Shown piece after piece: positions 56,321-64,000 of a stretch of DNA of 64,000 bases. How positions within the stretch are numbered: the stretch's first letter is position 1; every line of letters starts with the position of its first letter. A program made the position numbers and the translations under genes. The stretch comes from Octopus vulgaris (taxonomy: Eukaryota), in assembly GCA_951406725.2 (NCBI GenBank), contig OX597818.1, positions 35,774,001 to 35,838,000 of the forward strand, read 5' to 3'. The notes under the pieces are model-generated. The model saw only the letters and a list, made by a program, of their open reading frames with translations, was not told the DNA's origin and made no database searches.

Positions 56321-57859
56321 ATCCAAAAACGAAATATAAAAATATAAAAATAGAGATAAACAGTATGTAGGACTAAAATGATCCTTATAAAAGTATGCAT
56401 TTTATAAATGATTAACATGGAGGCAAATACATAACCAAATCCTTAGATATTACACAAATACGCAACAGACGAAAAATAGCGTAAGTTAGCTTGAGTACCT
56501 TAGAAAATATAAACGTACTATAGAAAAACCAAAACCAAAACATTCAAAGTCCTTAGAGCTGCGCTCGACTGTGCAGTGAAAGTGCATAATATAATCGATA
56601 CTCCTGAAAATAGTAATCCGAAGAATCCGGCGTTTTCTCAAGCAACACTCAGTAACTATAACCTTAAATGAACATCATTGAACTGTCTCTAAACTATTTC
56701 ACCCTAACCATTCATTTTTGTGAAAAAATAAGCTAAAGTGCAGTTTTTTTCTTTTTAATACAGCAAATATAATTCTAAAAACTATCTTAGATGGTTGAGA
56801 TGCTGATGTGTTTAATTTATTATTGTTTTTCATTGCTTAGTTGTCTGATTTTACCTGACAAATTGAAAATTTCTCTTATTATTCACACACAGCTATTTAT
56901 TTTTGTTTAGCGCAATATAAATAAATATATAAATAAAAATCAGGTGAACTTTATTTCCTAGATTGCTACGAGAAAGATAAATCTCACCATAAAATGAAGA
57001 TAAAATTTGATTTCTTTAGCAGTATATATTTAATTGTCTATTTATTTTTCAGCTAATGATAAAAAGGAAAAAAAGTTCGTGTCCAAATTTTCAGGTCGGT
57101 CTGGAACGAAAGAGAAAGAGAAGGAGAGACAGACAGACAGAGATAGGGGAGAAGAGAGGGAGAGACACACAGATAGAGAGAGGGGGAAGAGAGAGAGTGA
57201 GAGAGGCAGAGAGATATAGGGAAAGAACTAATGCTGAAAATAAATAGCCAAGGATATTTTAACCATAAAATATAATAGGATGCATAAAAGATAGTTGCAA
57301 TGTGTTTGTTTTTTTCTGTGCTTTGTTTTATATCATGTAGCTCCATCTTCTTATACTCTCTATCTCTTATGTCTGTAATGTTCAACGGCTGGTTGTTTGA
57401 AAACTGCATGTATATATTTGGAATGGAAATTTCGGTAAGTTGTTTTAAACTGAATATAGCCAGCAGTAGACTAAAATTCAGAAGCAAAATAAAATATTAC
57501 ATTGGTGCTTTTGTGAATCTCAGTATTATTTGAATTATAATACATTATAATAAATTATAATAAATTATAATAAATTATAAGTTCACCAAGCAATTACGTA
57601 GGATATTCCGATCAGAAATGTCATTGGACGGTAATTTTTACAGCTCTCTCTGAACGTATCTCGCTATTAATTAAGAAAGGACGCAATTACTAGAGTAGTC
57701 CAAGATGAATATAGAAAGATGAGATTGTCATAGTTGGAATACCTTTGATCACAGCTTTACACATTCAAGCTTGGCTTCAGTTAAACAACAACATCAATAA
57801 TAACAATATCAAAGATTTGCTATATTCTTTGTCTAAGCTCAGGAAGTGATATCTTTTAG

Positions 57860-58076
57860 TTTTTTTTTATTTGTTTCAGTCATTTGACTGCGGCCATGCT
57901 GGAGCACCACCTTCAGTTGAGCAAATCAACCCCAGGACTTATTCTTTGTAAGCAGAGTACTTATTCTATCGGTCTCTCTTGCCGAACCGCTATGTGACGG
58001 AGACGTAAACACATCAGCATCGGTTGTCAAGCGATGTTGGGGGGGGGGACAAACATAGACACACAAACATATACAT

Positions 58077-58135
<59 letters not shown>

Positions 58136-58302
58136 GATACGACGGGTTTCTTTCAGTTTCCGTCTAGCAAATCCACTCACAAGGCTTTAGTCGGGCTGAG
58201 GCTATAGTAGAAGACACTTGCCCAAGGTGCCACACAGTGGGACTGAACCCGGAACTATGTGGTCGGTAAGCAAGTTACTTACCACAGTCACTCCTGCGCC
58301 TA
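57860..58302 (-). mobile_element. SINE family A, full length
   Basis: Full body with internal (TA)n and head CACTCCTGCGCC. Confidence 0.88.
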
Positions 58303-58569
58303 TATCGGAGAAAACAAAATGACATGGTATCCTCTTTGTAGTTTTCTCAGGAACATAAGAGACATAACAAAAATGATTTCCAACAGGACATTGATATCAG
58401 CATGTGTTTTGAGCTTCCCTGCGAGTTTACACTTACTATACAGACCCCACTCTGACTATATGAATATATACATAGTTTAGCATTCCGTTAAGGTAATATA
58501 AAAAAAAAATAACAGTACTCCTTCCAGTGAGAGATAAATATCATTTAACGTTTACATTATTAAAAGAAG

Positions 58570-58725
58570 AGCTACTGACAGTTTCTTGCCATTAAGACAC
58601 ATGGTTAGACAGGTCTTTTACAACATGCTTTGCGATTCGAAGCATGTGCTCAGAGCACGCCCGAAGATTACTTAGAGACACAAGGCACAACCACGTGCCT
58701 TAATAGCAAGAAACTATCAGTAGCG
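58570..58725. repeat. Short fold-back: ~36-bp inverted arms with an internal hairpin
   Basis: GCTACTGACAGTTTCTTGCCATTAAGACACATGGTT / AACCACGTGCCTTAATAGCAAGAAACTATCAGTAGC, with inner ACATGCTT...AAGCATGT. Confidence 0.75.
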
Positions 58726-59109
58726 CTTAAGAGAATGGACATTAAATAATATATACACACACACACGAATACATAAGAAGATGGATTATAAGTATTCGAT
58801 TTTTCCACTTTTGGTTGCCATAGAGATCATATCCAAAGCCAAGCCTCATCCTGTGCTACCATCCCAAAATTAAATACAGGAAGTAATTGTATTGTTCCTG
58901 ATAGGTTAATATTTCATACGGGCTGGAGGCTCTACCATGAGTCTGTAAACGCGTGGTAGTCCTCTAGTGTTACTTCTTGTAGAACTGCACCAAGATTTTA
59001 TGAGTGACTGACGAGTGAGTGTGGAGTAGTGTGCAGTCTGTTTCATTTTATTCTATCTATTTATTTTTATTCCTTCTTTACTCTCTTTTCTCTTTCTTTG
59101 TTATTTATT

Positions 59110-59337
59110 AATTATTATTATTATTATTATTATTGAGTGAGAGAGCAGTTCATGCCATCAAAGTGACACTGGGGTAAAATATACGAAGCCCAATATACCC
59201 ATCATGACTACCCGTCTGATAAGGGTACACCAGGCACATGCATCATTGATAAGGGTACACCAGGCACATGCATCACTGATAAGGGTACACCAGGCACATG
59301 CATCACATGATAAGGGTACACCAGGCACATGCATCAC

Positions 59338-59340
<3 letters not shown>
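59110..59340 (-). mobile_element. Retroposon 3' fragment with a 4x 30-bp tandem repeat, embedded in (TTA)n
   Basis: TGATAAGGGTACACCAGGCACATGCATCAC x4 at 59217-59337. Single copy in the homolog at ~30137-30166. Confidence 0.8.
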
Positions 59341-59393
<53 letters not shown>

Positions 59394-59406
59394 CATTTAT
59401 TAATTA

Positions 59407-59470
<64 letters not shown>

Positions 59471-59629
59471 CATTATTAATTTTTCATTTTATTTATTTAT
59501 TATTATTTCTCTTTTTCTTACTTTTCAAAAAAAAAGTCCTGTTCTCCATTTGTTATATACAAGACTTTACGGTTCCCTGGCCGTACTGTCTTAAATTATA
59601 ACAGGGAAAACTGGAAATAAAAAAATAAT

Positions 59630-59792
59630 GAGTGGCTGTGTGGTATGTTGCTTGCTTACCAACCACATGGTTCTGGGTTCATTCCCACTGCGTGGCACCT
59701 TGGGCAAGTGTCTTCTACAATAGCCTCGGGCCGACCAACGCCTTGTGAGTGGATATGGTAGACGGAAACTAAAAGAAGCCCGTCGTATATAC

Positions 59793-59841
<49 letters not shown>

Positions 59842-60080
59842 TGTATGTATGTATGTGTGTGTATATGTTTGTGTGTCTGTGTTTGTCCCCCTAACATCGC
59901 TTGACAACCGATGGTGGTGTGTATATGTCCCCGTAAATTAGCGGTTCGGCAAAAGAGACCCATAGAATAAGTACTAGGCTTCCAAAGAATAAGTCCTGGG
60001 GTCGATTTGCTCGACTAAAGGCGGTGATCCAGCATGGCCGCAGTCAAATGAATGAAACAAATAAAAGAATAAAAGAATAT
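59630..60080 (+). mobile_element. SINE family A, full length
   Basis: GAGTGGCTGTGTGGT...GGCACCTTGGGCAAGTGTC...(TA)(TATG)n...AAAAGAATAAAAGAAT tail. Confidence 0.88.
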
Positions 60081-62904
60081 CACACTGCGATATTTAAAGC
60101 GGGGAGCAGTCACTCTGTGACGCCTTTTATATTTGCAATGATTCCTTATCAATTTTAGTTGAAGAAGAGGTTCACAGGAAAATATAAACACCAAACTGAA
60201 AAACTGATTTTTGAAGGTCGAGATGATGATATATACAAACATTTGAACTGTATGCAAAACTACCTTGACCTAAATATGACATTTTGAAGTGATATAGTAA
60301 TGGAGTATGTGTGGTTAATATAATTGCTATTACGGGATTGTGAAATGAGGAAAACCCACATCTCAAGTTACATCTCTGTAACTGGCCTTATTATTTACCT
60401 GATATTCGATGAGATATGATTTAGATGCGCAGGTATAGATGAAAATATAGCAAGGAAGGCCTGACCAGGGTATATAATAACTGGATAAGAGATATGATTC
60501 TCAAAGACATCAACATGCAACAAATCACCGGCCATTGTGTTTTTACTGGACTAGATCTCATAAAATGATTAGGGATACATAACGGCGCATTAGATGCGAT
60601 CCATTTGTGTTAGAACCCAAAATGTAAGAACTACTACTAGAAATTTCCATCTCAAATTGATATTGATTGTTGCCTCCTAAAACGTGGTGTAAACATTAGA
60701 AGGTGATGATCCAGTTGACTTCATAATTGAAATTAGTATCATTCGTCACTGCAGGAAACGTTTGAACAATAAAATTAACGAGTGCATCTTTCTTCATTAC
60801 TTTTTAATGTCGTAGGCTACCTCTCTGAAATTAATTTGTTTCGCAGTTAAAGGAATGTACATACATACACGCATACATATCCATTAGATATCGACAAAAA
60901 AAACGAAATTCGATATGCGTAAAAATTACTTCAACGAATCAGATTAACGCTACCTTCACAGTTAGAATATCAAAGTAAATATTTTGTGATCCGATGTTTA
61001 TGTTTGACTAACTACATGAAAATGGTTTTTGAACACAAAACCGGATAAGAAAATACACGTACGTAATGATCAAAATATGGTTTACTGACAGGCAGTGTAT
61101 ATATAAGTGGTATAAAAATGGAGGTGAATACAGCCAGCTAGCTTTTTCTATAGTGGTGAATGCATAGAGGTGATCACAAATAATGATGTACGTATTTTGT
61201 ATTTATTATTTACATATTATTATAATTTCAGTGACTTGTTCAGAGGATAAAGAACGGCGTCTTCTTAGGCTCCCATAAATTGTGGGTGGAAGAGAGCAAA
61301 TTTTTCTTAGACTGGTGATCTAGTCCAAATGTGAGCAATATATGGACTGGAGGTACCCAAAGAACCAGTGAAGATGTTAAACTGGATGATTTATAAAGTC
61401 CACACACTGAGAACAGTGACAGTTTCTCCAAAATGATTCAGTAATATTTCCATCTACCAAATTAAAGTCTGAAAGCTTTTGCCAACCCGATGATTTAACA
61501 AAAGTAACGTGTCCTACATACCAAGCTATGGCTTCGAACTTGAAATCACTTATTTGCAAAATTAAGTCTTTAATTACACAGTTATGTCCGATGATTCACA
61601 CTCAGTTTCGCTTCTGCAATGTACATTTGCACTAAACAGTGTAAGAAAATAAAAAATATATTTGGCATGAAACCCCATTTTAGTTGTTACTGAAAAAAAA
61701 AACAACACTTTTTTATTCAATTTTAGAAAACGAAGAAATTAACTTCAGAGCATTTTTTTAAAAAAGAATATCGGACCTAACGACTTATTCTATAAAAACC
61801 CATACTTTTTTTGTCAGTTCTCTTTTTTTTTTCTCCGGTTATCTATTTATTTATTCATTTATTTATTTGTGGATGGAGAGAACAATTTTCGTTCGTCGTT
61901 TTTGAAGTTTCCAAAATAATCAGTGTAAGAAATGGAAATTTCTCAAACGCTATAAACTCTATAAAAGTACGATAAAGTGAGGTTACTAAATAAAGAGGAA
62001 TAATCATGGCAGAAAATGTACATACGGAGCGGGCCAACGAAACATAGGTAAATTAAATATCTCTGTCGACTGTAGACATATTCAAAGCCAGTCAACATGA
62101 AGAGCATTTTTTTAATTCTACTATTTATTCTATGTATCATTATACTTTTATTTTTCTCATCAATTTTCTCTTTTTGCGGGGAAGGGATTACTCGCAACGA
62201 CATAAGAGAGACGTGGGTACTACCTCTAACAGCCTAGAGGAAGGCTAACTTAAATAAAATTCCTTGCATACCGACACATTTTCAATAGGATTGACATTAA
62301 TAGATATCAACACAAACGACAGCATAGTTAATAGGTAGTAGACACTCTATCTATTGCTTCAACATAGCAGCTGTCTAAGACCGAAACTAGAGAAATGAAA
62401 GTGAAAGCAATATACATATATACATACATAATACACGCACACACAGTCACACACACAAATACTCACACAGATATGTATGTATGTATGCATGTACATATAT
62501 CTGTGTATGTTTATGTATATGTGTATGCATATATATATATATGTGTGTGTGCATATGTGTGCGTGCGTGCGTGTGTTCGTGTACGTGTTTGTATGCAAGT
62601 GTATGTATCTATCTATTATGTATGTATGTATGGGTAAATAATCCCAGTTTACTGCTGTACATTTTGTTGAACTGGTAGATATGTGATAGTTTTCAAGTCA
62701 TGAATAGTCGGTCAGAACGGTAAAGATAGCTCTGTAAGGGAAAACAAAAAAATGGAGAGTGTGGGGAAAAAAGTTTGAAAAAATTCTTTTGTGAAAAATT
62801 AAGCAACAGTCACGTACGATGTCATACATATAAATTTTTGCTTTGACTCAGATACATTAAAAAGAGAATAACTAGAATATAGAGAATAGCCATAACACAT
62901 TGAA

Positions 62905-62971
<67 letters not shown>

Positions 62972-63627
62972 GGCATATACACTATGTGTATATGTATTTT
63001 TAGGTGTTGGTACATTTATATATAAAAATGATATGAATAAAACGTTGATGTTCATAAAAGACATATATGAAACCAAATCAAATCAAACATGGCGCATTTA
63101 TTGAATAAATGATTAAAAAACTAGATAGGAACAGAAAATATAATTCCTCTCTCTATGAAAGCTATAGCGAAAGCACGTCATTTAAAATCAAAGGTCTGCA
63201 TTGAAACTAGGCATATATTACTCGAAATAAAGGTTTTACAGTGTGTAATATATGCATATGGAGTGAAGTCGAGATTCCAATAGTTGTGAGAAAGAAGTGG
63301 AAGAGGAGGAGGAGTAGGAGGAGTAGGTGGAGGAGGAAACATGAAAAGGAAGTTGTCATTTGCCACAATTTAACCTTGATGGTTGACTAGTATACTATAA
63401 TGGAATTAGTTACTAGAAATATGAGCGTACACATATATTTATGAATCTGCTTGTATCTGTACATCTGATAGCGTGTGCGTGTGTCTGTGTGATTGCTGCG
63501 TAGGTGGATGCGTTAGGGAATGTGTAAATGAAGTGCTAGCTTACTTCTGAAAAAATGCAAAAATAAATGTTTATATCAATACTTAATTACTATTATATAT
63601 ATATATATATATATACGTGTATTTGTG

Positions 63628-63672
<45 letters not shown>

Positions 63673-63679
63673 CCATGAT

Positions 63680-63870
63680 TGACCGCTACCTACTAAAGCT
63701 TTCTTTTTTTATTCTTTCTCTGTCTATTTTCTCGTATTCCTCTATGATGAAGAGCGTAGGCTCGAAACGACTTTCTCACTTCCCGAGCGTTAAAGTAATA
63801 CACCTGTTTGTTGTTTACACACCTGTCTTCGTCTTTTGTTTTTTGTAAATTCCAGCTATATAAATGTATA
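63680..63870 (+). mobile_element. Small repeat with hammerhead-like core
   Basis: ATGATGA-A-GAGC-GTAG-GCTC-GAAA-CG at 63744-63769, flanked by (TA)n. Confidence 0.5.
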
Positions 63871-64000
63871 CACTTTTTGCTAACACATTGAGTCACATTA
63901 TCATTAATGTAGGTTTCAGGTAGGACACGACTGCGTCGCATTGTTCAAATGTCCTCGGGGGCACCGACTCAAACCACAACATCCTTTAGTTGTCTATTCC

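Noticed and set aside
54568-59337. 30-bp repeats as a possible CRISPR array
   Set aside because: The repeats are contiguous with no unique spacers, there are no cas genes, and the context is eukaryotic.

Overview
AT-rich, microsatellite-dense animal genomic DNA. The repeat families resemble those of octopus/coleoid cephalopods, which is an inference from repeat content. I found no convincing host protein-coding exon: almost every listed ORF is a microsatellite or SINE artefact. The identifiable content is decayed mobile DNA. It includes two mariner (DD34D) elements, a Tigger/pogo-like MITE family, Helitron PIF1-helicase fragments, R4/Dong-like and RTE-like LINE fragments, a 5'-truncated Penelope-like element (PLE; RT thumb plus C-terminal GIY-YIG), and about 25 tRNA-derived SINE copies from about four families. 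The most notable signal is a recurring set of minimal type-I hammerhead-ribozyme motifs, two with an intact core. Several sit in the arms of long fold-back (inverted-repeat) insertions, and one is joined to a PLE endonuclease fragment. This points to several non-autonomous, ribozyme-bearing PLE/retrozyme-like families. Also seen: a MITE holding an inverted copy of neighbouring DNA, a 1.1-kb (CGTT)n array that ends in register inside a MITE, and an unexplained multi-stem structured segment near 10.0-10.15 kb.
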